Assembly: GCA_964016885.1 (NCBI GenBank)
Contig: OZ024741.1
Coordinates: 403,496,001 to 403,560,000 of the forward strand
Origin: Eledone cirrhosa
Taxonomy: Eukaryota
Reading direction: 5' to 3'
DNA: 64,000 bases
Part shown: one piece after another, positions 54,455-64,000 of the stretch
Numbering within the stretch: position 1 is the first letter of the stretch
How the letters are laid out: each line of letters starts with the position of its first letter
Program-made: the position numbers and the translations under genes
Notes under the pieces: generated by a model
Database searches by the model: none
Told to the model about the DNA's origin: nothing
What the model saw: only the letters and a program-made list of their open reading frames with translations

Positions 54455-56124
54455 AATTTAATGCTGTGTAGTGTGTATCGTTTTGGTTGTTTTGTTTTGT
54501 TTGCGTTTGTTGTGGGTTTGTTTGCCTTTCGCTTTTTTGGTAACTTTTGTGGTGTTGGTGATGGTGGTGTTGGGGTTAATGATGGTGATGGTGTTGGTGT
54601 TTGTGGTGATGAGTTTGGTGATGCTGGTGTGGATGGTGGCATAGCTGTCCTAACTTTTTTGTTTGATAGTTTATTTGTTTCCCTCTGTATTTTGTTTTTG
54701 GAGGGGGAAGGAAGAGAATTTTTTTCTTTTTGGGTTTCTTTTTTTTCTTTTTTCCTGATACCGTGTCCCACTCCTCGTCGTCACAATCTGTCTCCAGTTG
54801 CGATAGGTCGGGGAGTGGAAAATCCTCCACAGGCGTTGGTTTTGGTTGTGGCGTGGTGGATGGTGTAGGCGCTGGTGCTAGTTCTGGCGCGTTGGGTGGT
54901 GGTGGTGTTGGTTTTGCTACTGTTGCTGGGATTGTTGCTGTTACAGTTGCTTCTGTTGTTGCTGCTACAGTTGTTGCTGCCCTTTCTGCTGCTGGTGGTG
55001 TTGAAGGTTGAGTCACTGGGGTGGGTAAGAGAGGTGGCCTCAACCTTTTAGCCTGAGGGCAGAAAGCCCTTAAGTGGGGGGTTCCTTCACCACAAACGAC
55101 ACACCTATACCTTCTGCCCTCGATGATTACGGTGAGGTAGCTGCCGTCAGTGAGGTCTATTACCTCTGGGATCTCCTCAATGCTTTTTTGGTCCGCTTGG
55201 ATCAGGAGCTCCATCTCAGATCCGGACCAGTTCTCCTGCTTTTCTTTCGCTATTTTGATTATCTTGGTGTTGGCCTCGATGCCGGCGAGGACGGCAGCCA
55301 TTAGCCAGGGAATTTTGATGGCCGGTGGAACGTGGGTCACCCTGATCATCACGAGTCTCTGGCCACAATAGCTTGGGACGAGTGTGAAGTCGTCACTTCT
55401 TAATGGGCCATGGAGTGTTCTCTGGCCTCCTGTGGTGTTTCAAAGAACACGTTCACGGTTCCATATTTCTGTCCACGTCTGATGTGGGTTTTTTTTGTCC
55501 ACACATGTCCCAAAGCTTTTTTGATTTGGGACTCGGATGCCCGTTCCACTCGGCGCGATTTTATGTTGATCGTCCGATAAGACACGGCGCATAGGCGCCG
55601 ACGCTCCATTTTGTTAGGTTGGGTGGGGGGGGGGGGGGGGGGGTGAGACTGACCCTGTACCCATCTTTCTTTACCATTCTTTTGGCTTCTTCTAATTCCT
55701 CCAGAGTTACCTGGAATGCTTCGCACTTTTTTGCTTCTCTGGCAAAAGACAGGGTTTTCTTATTCTCATTGTTGCTGTTGTTGTTATCGTTATTTTTGTT
55801 ATTGTTAATTTTAGTTTCAGTTGTGGTGGTGGTGGCGTCAGTGGTGTTCGGTGTGGAAGAGTTCATTTTGGGTGAATTCATTTCGATATCACGAGATAAT
55901 TTATTTTTTTCTTTTGTTTCTGTTGTCGCTGTGGCGGCTCCAACACCTGCAGTCATTGGTAATGGCGGGAAATGAATGTCTGCCTGAGACAAATTTAAAA
56001 TATTGCTACTGCTTATATTTTTAGTGTTGGCAAACGTAGTAATATTTACAATGGTGGTGTCGGTGTGAGGTGTTAGTTTGTGAGGAAGGCTCTCAGCTAC
56101 TGGGTTCAGCTGTGAGTCGGCCAT
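54455..56124 (-). pseudogene. L1/Tx1 ORF1 (gag-like, zinc knuckle, Pro/Thr-rich and basic tail), frameshifted; 3' end uncertain
   Basis: Pieces 55561-56124, 55400-55726, 54576-55352 and 54316-54771 join into one protein with breaks near the G-run at ~55625-55643, at ~55400 and near the T-runs at ~54720-54752. Contains CVVCGEGTPHLRAFC. May originally have continued past the SINE toward ~54000. Confidence 0.75.
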
Positions 56125-56336
56125 GATTTTTCAAAGAAATTTTTTTTTGATAATTAAAAAAGTTTAAATTTTGGGCTCAAGGCCCCAATCTTTTTGAGTG
56201 TCCTTTTCAGAAAACAATGTATGTGCACTTATATACAGTTAACAATAAAAAATTTCCATGAATGGCAATTTTAAACAACTGAAAACAACAAACCTTTGCG
56301 GAGCTCACGATGATACGATTTACTACGTAGGTCGCC

Positions 56337-56390
<54 letters not shown>
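56337..56390 (+). repeat. (AAT)18 microsatellite
   Basis: 54 nt of perfect AAT between the Tx1 5' end and Dong fragment A. Confidence 0.97.
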
Positions 56391-56391
<1 letters not shown>

Positions 56392-56642
56392 GGATTTGGA
56401 ACTGCCATGAAGTCAAAGTGATCCCGATTGTCATAGGCGCACTGGGGACTATCTCCAAAAGTTTCCAGGGATGGTTAAAGAAAATCGGCCCCTTCACGCT
56501 TTTTGGAACGCTTCTAAAGGCATGCTTGCTGGGAACAGCAAGAACCCTCCGATACGTCCTGAATATCTAGGCTGCAGGTAGTGGCTTGATATTCATTCCA
56601 ACGGACTTTCCAGTTAACCAACATCAATGACTGAGATTCAAG

Positions 56643-56643
<1 letters not shown>
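56391..56643 (+). mobile_element. 5'-truncated R4/Dong-like element 3' end (fragment A), followed by (AAT)12
   Basis: Near-identical to 56737-56989 and ~61763-62017; encodes RIWNCHEVKVIPIVIGALG...; perfect AAT at 56644-56679. Confidence 0.92.
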
Positions 56644-56680
<37 letters not shown>

Positions 56681-56681
<1 letters not shown>

Positions 56682-56989
56682 GAGAAGGAGAGGGAGAAAA
56701 TTAACCGATACCAGGACCTAAAGTGGGAGGTGAAAAGGATTTGGAACTGCCATGAAGTCAAAGTGATCCCGATTGTCATAGGCGCACTGGGGACTATCTC
56801 CAAAAGCTTCCAGGGATGGTTAAAGAAAATCGGCCCCTTCACGCTTTTTGGAACGCTCCAAAAGGCATGCTTGCTTGGAACAGCAAGAACCCTCCGATAC
56901 GTCCTGAATATCTGAGGCTGCAGGTAGTGGCTTGATATTCAATCCAACGGACTTTCCAGTTAACCAACATCAATGACTGAGATTCAAGG
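56681..56989 (+). mobile_element. 5'-truncated R4/Dong-like element 3' end (fragment B), followed by a degenerate (AAT)n tail to ~57076
   Basis: Matches ~61708-62017; open reading EKEREKINRYQDLKWEVKRIWNCHEVKVIPIVIGALG...RYVLNI*. Confidence 0.92.
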
Positions 56990-57007
56990 AATAACAACAA
57001 TAATAAT

Positions 57008-57065
<58 letters not shown>

Positions 57066-57309
57066 CTAATAATAATGGGAAGAGGGAAGAAGACGCACAT
57101 GGTGGATAGAAGGTCGTGAAATCGCTCTCGTAAGTTTTGATTTTTAACATATTTAAATCAATTGTGAAATAACAATTCTTAGTACAAATGATACATAAAA
57201 CATCCGGCTTAAGTCTCAGAAAAATTCGGATCCATAATATATTGTTATATCACTCAAATATTCAATTTTGTATTATACATTTTATATTCCAAAAAGAAAA
57301 TGGTTATAT

Positions 57310-58200
57310 ATGGAAGAAAACCCCTCTGTCTACACTATATAGAACAGCCAAATAACAGCAATTTCACCAACACCAGAAACTAGATACACCACCTACCCCA
57401 TCACCCCTCTGTGTACACTAAATACAACAGCCAATTTCACCACCACCAATCTCAGCATAGTAATAATAATTACTATTATTATTGTCTCAAGTTTTAACAA
57501 AATGTTTTAATTCCAATATTAAGGTAATATGTCAACACATATACGCGACTAACCCCATAGATTCACCGATCAATCAAAAATACAGTCTATTCAACAAAAC
57601 TCAGTAACGACAACGCCATCACTACAGTCACCGCCGCCGCCGCCCATCCATCATTACTACCACTATCCCATCACCGCCGCCACCACTCCTTCATTGCTAC
57701 CACCACTATCCCCCCATTACCTTCTGTTAACTTACGAAAGGGGAAGGTGGTGGTATCACTAGACAATATTAATAAACAAGATTAATATTTAATTTTGGAT
57801 CAGGAATGTTAGAGTCGAAAAGGAGAAAAATGACAAAATGACTAAATAACTAAAGATAATTTCACCACCAACACCCCCACCACTACCACGATGAAAACTC
57901 TGGTCAAGTCGACTCAACCGCTATTTCTACTCCAAATTCAACACCATCACTACAGTACTACGATCACATCACCACCACCACTGCCTCATTATCGCTACCA
58001 CCGCTATTCTCTCCCACTACCTCCTGCTAGTTGCTGCTAGCACAGCACCGCCACCACCACCACCACCACCACCACCACTGCCTCATTATCACTACCGCCG
58101 CTATTCTCTCCCGCTAACCCCTACTACATCGTAGTGCCCCCACTAAAAGAGGAAGGCATCAAAATATATAAATAGACTGAATTGATGACCCGGTCAAAAT
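57310..58200 (+). repeat. CAC-rich spacer repeat, copy 1
   Basis: Blocks such as cctctgtctacactatatagaacagccaaa, caccagaaactagatacaccacctaccc, ggggaaggtggyggtatcactagacaa and atataaatagaytga recur at 62088-62790. Confidence 0.8.
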
Positions 58201-58400
58201 AAAAAAAAACAAAAATCAAAATCAAAGCAGCACTGCAACAACGAATAACGTAAAGAAAAGAAAAATGAAGAGGAAAACAAACAGACGGACAGAGAAGGGA
58301 AGGGAAAAACTAAGTCCGACATTCAAACATTACATTACAATGAAACTTATGCTTATTCATTTTGGGTTTTTTTTTTGCCTGTTTGTTTGTTTGTTTGTTT

Positions 58401-61400
58401 ATGTTCGTCTACAGCGTGATAATGCCACACAAAAATCACGTGGAGTGACGAAATCACCGGAGGTGATGAAATCACCGGTGGTTATGTAACCATACATTCG
58501 CCAATCCTCGATAAGCGTGTTTAAATGTCGAACCTAAACAGTTCGAATAACGGTGAAATGGAGACTAGAATGTCATGTGACAGACTCTCACCCAACAGGT
58601 GCTCCCTGGCTCAGCAGCAGGGACCTGGCTGTCAACCAAATACTGCTGGTGTTGGAGGAAGAAGAAGAAGGAAAGGGACCAGAACCAACTGGACGAAAGA
58701 ATTGAATAGAACTGTTATGCAATGTTACCTGAAGAGTAACCCCAAGGAGAAAGGCTATAGGAAACGGATGCATAATATCTGGAACGAGATTGGTCTATTT
58801 AAATTAGATGAACAAAAATTGGCCGGGCAGGCTCGGGTAATAAGAACTAATGGGTGGATAAGCGAGCTGGAACTGGAGGAACTGAGCAGAGAGATTAGCT
58901 TGGAAATGGAGAGTGGAGTAAGCCAGGCAAACGAGCCAGTGGGAAATGAAGGTGAAGAGGTCGAGAGAACGGAGGAACCATCCGAAGCAGACAATGATCT
59001 GAATGCTGAAATAAATAATACCTGGAACAGAGATACGGCCACTGGGGAGATGAATGCTGACTGGCTAGGACACGATTTGGTTGATATCCTAAACTTAGTG
59101 GTAGATGAATTGAACAATGATAGTGGGAGACCTATGAACCTAAGATTTGTAGACAGGAAAAAGTTAAAAGAAACAACAGCTAAGGTAAACAAAGTCATCC
59201 CATACCTTGAGGCGAGGAGCCTTCACCAGTGCAACAATATCCTCAAAGCAACAGCAAATACGGTGAGGAAACTACTTGGTATAAAAGCGAGAGCAAACAA
59301 CAGACAAGAAAGAGCAGAGCCTTGGTGGAAGAAACGACTGAGTGGTCAAATCAGGGAAATGAGAAATGACATTGGAAAGCTTGAGTCCCTACTGAATGGG
59401 TCACTAAAAAACATAGACACTAAAAATAGACTGGAAATAAAGTACAAAACTAGGAGGAAAAAGCTAAACATTATCATAGAGGAACTGAAGCAACGCATTG
59501 TAGCAAATAGTGCAAAAATCAGGCGATACGAGAACAGAGTCAGTCAGTATAGACAGAACCGCATGTTCGACAACAACCAGAAGATGCTGTTTGGATAGCT
59601 TGAAGGGAAAGAAAGAGGCAACGACTTGATCCCTGAGGCGGAACAAACTAAAACATTCTGTAGAGGAATATGGGAGCAGGATGTTAAACATAATGACCAG
59701 GCAGTGTGGATTGAGACAGTACAGAAGGAGATTAGTGAACAGGCACACCAACAAACTGATTTGAGTATCACAGTTGAAACTCTTAAGGGGCAGGCCAAAA
59801 AACTAACCAACTGGAAATCACCAGGCCCAGATGGTGTGCAGGGGTATTGGATTAAAAATATAACATCCCTCCACCCGAAACTGACAACCACGTTCAATGA
59901 CTGCTTGATGTCAGGTGAGGTACCAAAGTGGTTGACAAAAGGTACCACAGTTCTGATAATGAAAGACCGAATCAAGAGTAATGATGTTACCAACTATAGA
60001 CCTATCACATGTCTGTCCGTAATGTGGAAACTGTTGACAAGCATTATGTCTGAGGAAATCTACCATCACCTCCACACAAACAACTTGTTACCGGACGAAC
60101 AGAAAGGATGCCGAAAGAAGTCACGTGGTACAAAGGACCATTTACTTATTGATAAGATGGTAATGAGGAATTGCAAGAGGAGACACACTGGTCTTGCCAT
60201 GGGATGGATAGACTACAAAAAGGCATTTGACATGGTGCCTCATTCTTGGATCACCAAAAGCCTGGAGATCTTCAAGGTGGCAGATAACATCAGACAGTTG
60301 TTGGGCAAAAGTATGAAGTCCTGGGAAACAGAGTTAACATCAACTGGAGAATCCTTGGTAAGCGTGAAGATCAAGAGAGGTATCTTCCAGGGAGATAGTA
60401 TGTCCCCTCTGCTGTTTGTCCTTTCCCTGATGCCCCTGACCAGTGTACTGCGAAAAGTGAGAGCAGGATACAGGTTGGGAAAGGGAGGGCTTACCATCAA
60501 TCACCCCCTCTTCATGGACGATCTTAAGCTCTTCGGGAAGAGTGAGAAGGAGTTGGATGTGCTTGTTGACATCGTCCGTATTTTCAGCAATGAAATATGT
60601 ATGCAATTTGGTATTAGTAAGTGTGGAGTCATTGTGATGAAGAGGGGTAAGTTGAGCAGAAGTAACGGAATCCAGATACCAACAGGTGAGATGATAAAGG
60701 AAATTGACTCTGAAGAAGGATACAAGTATTTGGGTGTTCTGGAGGCTGATGACATCAAGAACAAAAAAATGAAGGAATTGATAAGAATTGAATACATTCG
60801 GAGAGTAAGGAGCGTATTAAAGTCACATCTGAACAGTAGGAATGCCATAAGTGCAGTAAATTCCCGAGCTGTGTCTATTATTAGGTACAGTGCGGGAATT
60901 CTGAGATGGAATGTTGCTGAACAAAAAGAAATGGATAGGAAGACTAGGAAGCTATTGAATATCTACAACATGTTCCACAAGAGGAGTGATGTCGATAGAC
61001 TCTACTTAAGGAGATCTGAAGGTTGAAGAGGTCTTATCAGCATAGAGGACTGTGTTCAGATGGAGAAAAACAACCTACACAAATACGTGACTGATAGTAA
61101 GGAGCCAATGCTCAGAATTGTACTGAAGGAGGGGACAATAGGCCAGGGGATGTCCAAGGAGGAAATAACATCAAGGAGAAAGAGCAGCCTTCAGGAAAAA
61201 TCCCTTCATAGTACCTTCTTTGAGAAAACTGAATTTAGAGATCCACAGACATGAGACTGGTTGAAAAGAGGAGACCTTAAAAAGGCTACAGGAGGAATGT
61301 TAATGGCTGCGCAGGAGCAGGCCCTCAAAACGAAGTGGTTGAAACACCATATTTACAAGGAGGAGGCTAGCCCACTGTGCAGGATCTGTGGAGAGAGAGA

Positions 61401-62018
61401 GGAGACTGTGGCTCATATTGTATCCGAGTGTAAACACCTAGCCCAGACTCACTATAAGGGCTGGAGACATGATGTGATGGGCAGGGTGATCCACTGGCAC
61501 CTATGCAAAGTAAACAATTTACCACATTCTGAGAAGTGGTATGAGCATAAGCCAGAGTCGGTGATAGAAAACGATCAGGTGAAGGTGCTGTGGGATACAG
61601 ACGGACAAGAAACTGGAACACAATAGACCTGACCTGGTGGTTGTGGACAAAGAAAAAAGATCGTGCCTGATTGTGGATGTGGCCTGCCCATTCGACACGA
61701 GAGTGCAAGAGAAGGAGAGGGAGAAAATTAACCGATACCAGGACTTAAATTGGGAGGTAAAAGGGATTTGGAACTGACATGAAGTCAAAGTGATCCCGAT
61801 TGTCATAGGCGCACTAGGGACTATCTCAAAAAGTTTCCAGAGATGGTTAAAGAAAATTGGCCCCTTCACGCTTTTTGGAACGCTTCAAAAGGCATGCTTC
61901 CTGGGAACAGCAAGAACCCTCCGATACGTCCTGAATATCTGAGGCTGCAGGTAGTGGCTTGATATTCATTTCAACAAACTTTCCAGTTAACTAACATCAA
62001 TGACTGAGACTCAAAGAG
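58401..62018 (+). mobile_element. R4/Dong-clade non-LTR retrotransposon, near full length, inactive; 5' boundary approximate
   Basis: Single-ORF architecture (N-terminal domain, RT, CCHC, RLE), short 3'UTR and (TAA)n tail at 62019-62085. Confidence 0.88.
58525..61942 (+). pseudogene. R4/Dong ORF: RT + CCHC zinc finger + restriction-like endonuclease, disrupted
   Basis: ORFs 58525-59598, 59626-61026, 61060-61254 and 61261-61626 share one frame and are separated by point stops (TAG 59596, TGA 61024, TGA 61252). A small deletion near 61596 shifts the frame, and another TGA lies at 61775. Motifs: NWKSPGPDG, NYRPITCL, WIDYKKAFDMVPH, GIFQGDSMSP, FMDDLKL, YKYLG, CRICGEREETVAHIVSEC, WRHD, NRPDLVVVD...IVDVACP...K..RY. 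Confidence 0.93.
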
Positions 62019-62019
62019 T

Positions 62020-62085
<66 letters not shown>
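62019..62085 (+). repeat. (TAA)n tail of the Dong-like element
   Basis: Nearly pure TAA run directly after the 3'UTR. Confidence 0.95.
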
Positions 62086-62087
<2 letters not shown>

Positions 62088-62088
<1 letters not shown>

Positions 62089-62790
62089 TGGAAGAAGAAC
62101 CCCCCCCCCTCCTCTGTCTACACTATATAGAACAGCCAAACAACACCAATCTCACCAACACCAGAAACTAGATACACCACCTACCCTATCACCTCCCTGT
62201 GTACACTAAACACAACAGCCAGATAACGGCAATTTCACCACCACCACTCACTACTGCCATCATTACCACCACTATGCCATCACCGCCGCCACCACTCCTT
62301 TATTGCTACCACCGCTACAACACCATCACTACAGTAATACAATCACATCACCACCACCACAGCCTCGGTATCGACATCACCACCACCACTGTCTCAGTAT
62401 CGATACCGCCGCTACTGTCTTCCACATCTCCACGCTGGCTGCTGCCACCACATTATAGAATTACTATTATTATTGTCTCAAATTTAAAAAAAATGTTTAA
62501 TTCGAATTTTACGGGAATATGTCAACACAAAATATAATAAAAATATATATTAAACATACGAACACAAACTCATAGATACTACATATCAGTAACCACAACG
62601 CCACCGCTGCCACCACCCCACCCCATCCATCATTGCTACCACTATCCCATCGTCGCCGCTACCACTCCTTCAATGCTACCGCCACTATTCCCCTGTTAAC
62701 TTGAGAGAGAAAGGGGAAGGTGGCGGTATCACTAGACAAGGGAGAGGCTAGCAAAAGATATAAATAGATTGACTTAGTGACCTGGCCACC
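62088..62790 (+). repeat. CAC-rich spacer repeat, copy 2
   Basis: Diverged, partly rearranged homologue of 57310-58200. Confidence 0.8.
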
Positions 62791-62920
62791 GTCAATATCA
62801 ACAACTATGGGACTGCTGGCTCACCCCTTCCTCACCAACAATATAAAAAGCCCCGGCACCACCACCGACATAGCCAACAACAATAACAGCCAACTACAAC
62901 AAAAAGTATATTATATTATT

Positions 62921-62972
62921 GTAATGCACTGGGTGATTGTTGGCCTTGTGCCTGGAGTGGAGACAATTATTA
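62921..62972 (+). mobile_element. SINE 3'-tail remnant
   Basis: gtaatgcactgggtgattgttggccttgtgcc...acaattat matches the SINE tail at 49602-49650. Confidence 0.7.
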
Positions 62973-63217
62973 ATAATTTCATTCTTAAGCCACGCAATGC
63001 TCACATTAAGGAACCACTCATGATAATAACAATTTAAAAAAAACAACAAAAAGAAAACCCCGTGACCAAGAAATACCGGGATGGTGGCCGGCGGGGAATA
63101 GCCGTGTCTCTAGGGGAGAACGACCCCGCTAGTCTTGGTTGACACTCGTTCTAGAAGTGGTAACACGAAAAGATTACCCCTTGGCGGATAAGGATAAAAC
63201 GCGACAAAATAAAGTAA

Positions 63218-64000
63218 ATGTCTAATGATAAAATCTCATACCGGATCGGCCGTCACCCGGGTAAAAAAGGGCCGCGTCCCTCAGAGAGGAACCAGACTGG
63301 GGTCGAAAAATCAGCTAATGGTTCAAACCTTCCCATCACTTCGGAGCTGGAGACCTCCCATAACCGGAATACTCCTACTGTTGGCCCTCCATGCTCACCA
63401 CCAAGAAATCCAAAGAAAAAGAGAGAAAAATGGTCAAGGGAAGATAATAAAGAAGTCCTTGAGGCTTTCTACACTGCCATGTACTACCCATCAAATACAT
63501 CGAATACAGAACAGACATATATCAACTGGAAAAAGAAACATCCCGAAAACAGAGGCTATATTGACAGTAACAAACTAGCCAATATACGAAGAAATATTGT
63601 AAGAAAAAAGTTACTAACTGATATAGAAATTGATCAGATCAAGCTATTAGCACAAAGTCAGCGAAGGGAAAATGAAACATGTGTCAGTGAAAACGAGGTA
63701 AACTGTAACACTTCGAATCCCAGGGTTGGGGCGGAATCACTGGCAACAGAACAAATTAAAGAAAGGATCGAAAAAGTGGAGGGAGTGCATGCTCAGGATG
63801 AAACTCCAAATGAAAATAATGAGATCGTAAATGATAAAGAAATGAATGAGAATGAACTTGCCAACTTGAAGGATGAAATTATGATCGAATGGATGAAAAT
63901 GAAAGAATCTGACATGGGGCAACGAGACACCCTCCCTAAGATCCAGAACTCCAAACAGAACCAAAAGATAATACACAAGACTAACATAATTCTCAAAAAC
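63218..64000 (+). CDS. N-terminus of the ORF of a second, divergent R4/Dong-like retrotransposon (runs off the window; not in the ORF track)
   Basis: Hand translation from ATG 63218 is stop-free to 64000: MSNDKISYR...KKKREKWSREDNKEVLEAFY...NWKKKHP...SNKLANIRRNIVRKKLLTDIEIDQI... This parallels RTNWTKELNRTVMQCY...IWNE...EQKLAGQARVIRTNGWISELELEEL of the 58525 element. The RT domain is not within the window. Confidence 0.75.
   Translation, partial: MSNDKISYRIGRHPGKKGPRPSERNQTGVEKSANGSNLPITSELETSHNRNTPTVGPPCSPPRNPKKKREKWSREDNKEVLEAFYTAMYYPSNTSNTEQTYINWKKKHPENRGYIDSNKLANIRRNIVRKKLLTDIEIDQIKLLAQSQRRENETCVSENEVNCNTSNPRVGAESLATEQIKERIEKVEGVHAQDETPNENNEIVNDKEMNENELANLKDEIMIEWMKMKESDMGQRDTLPKIQNSKQNQKIIHKTNIILKN

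Larger units (their letters stand above)
50335..56336 (-). mobile_element. L1-clade (Tx1-like) non-LTR retrotransposon, near full length, decayed
   Basis: Minus-strand order 5'UTR - ORF1 (zinc knuckle) - ORF2 (APE, RT, C-terminal zinc finger) - 3'UTR with AATAAA (plus-strand tttatt 50341-50346). (AAT)n abuts both ends. The Tx1 assignment rests on motif style (GPGYWKLN, LSLKGR, CPRC..ETVLH...C), not on a phylogeny. Confidence 0.88.

Noticed and set aside
50529-56024. Plus-strand ORFs overlapping the Tx1 element
   Set aside because: Antisense shadows of a GC-rich coding region with no recognisable domains.
56207-57150. Minus-strand ORFs with poly-L or poly-Y (repeated MKGPIFFNH...)
   Set aside because: Antisense readings of Dong 3' fragments running into (AAT)n.
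58442-58480. Hammerhead ribozyme (TGATGA/GAAA motifs)
   Set aside because: No CTGANGA core and no stem II between the motifs; it is a short tandem duplication of a hairpin.
48336-61942. Amber tRNA rescuing the neighbouring retrotransposons by reading through their TAG stops (59596; 53150)
   Set aside because: The elements also have TGA stops and frameshifts that an amber tRNA cannot bypass, tRNAs act in trans so proximity is irrelevant, and the acceptor stem of the tRNA is broken.
62000-63037. ORFs at 62000, 62199 and 62777
   Set aside because: Low-complexity translations of (TAA)n and CAC-rich spacer DNA.
63225-63578. Listed 117-aa ORF as the real gene
   Set aside because: It overlaps, in another frame, the longer frame from 63218 that carries the Dong-like N-terminal motifs.

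Overview
Eukaryotic (animal) repeat-rich DNA with no host protein-coding gene. The SINE resembles octopus tRNA-derived SINEs as I recall them, so a cephalopod source is plausible but unverified. (1) Bases 1-~45750 are one head-to-tail satellite of a 25-bp monomer (TATCTTTAACCCAGGTAG[G/T]GACTAC, plus a 22-bp variant), roughly 1,800 copies, with higher-order periods at 100 bp, 466 bp, ~1.4-1.7 kb, 3208 bp, 7976 bp and 10216 bp. (2) ~45930-49920 is a small array of four tRNA-Gln-derived genes separated by stacked SINE copies. One copy is intact, two are damaged, and one is damaged and carries a CTA (amber-reading) anticodon. (3) ~50335-56336 is a near full-length, decayed L1/Tx1-type retrotransposon on the minus strand, bounded by (AAT)n on both sides and carrying a SINE insertion. 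(4) 56391-64000 is a same-strand series of R4/Dong-type retrotransposons: two 5'-truncated 3' ends, one near full-length dead copy, and the 5' part of a second, divergent family whose ORF stays open to the window edge. These are separated by (TAA)n tails and a twice-occurring CAC-rich spacer. All coordinates and periods were read by eye; no searches were run.
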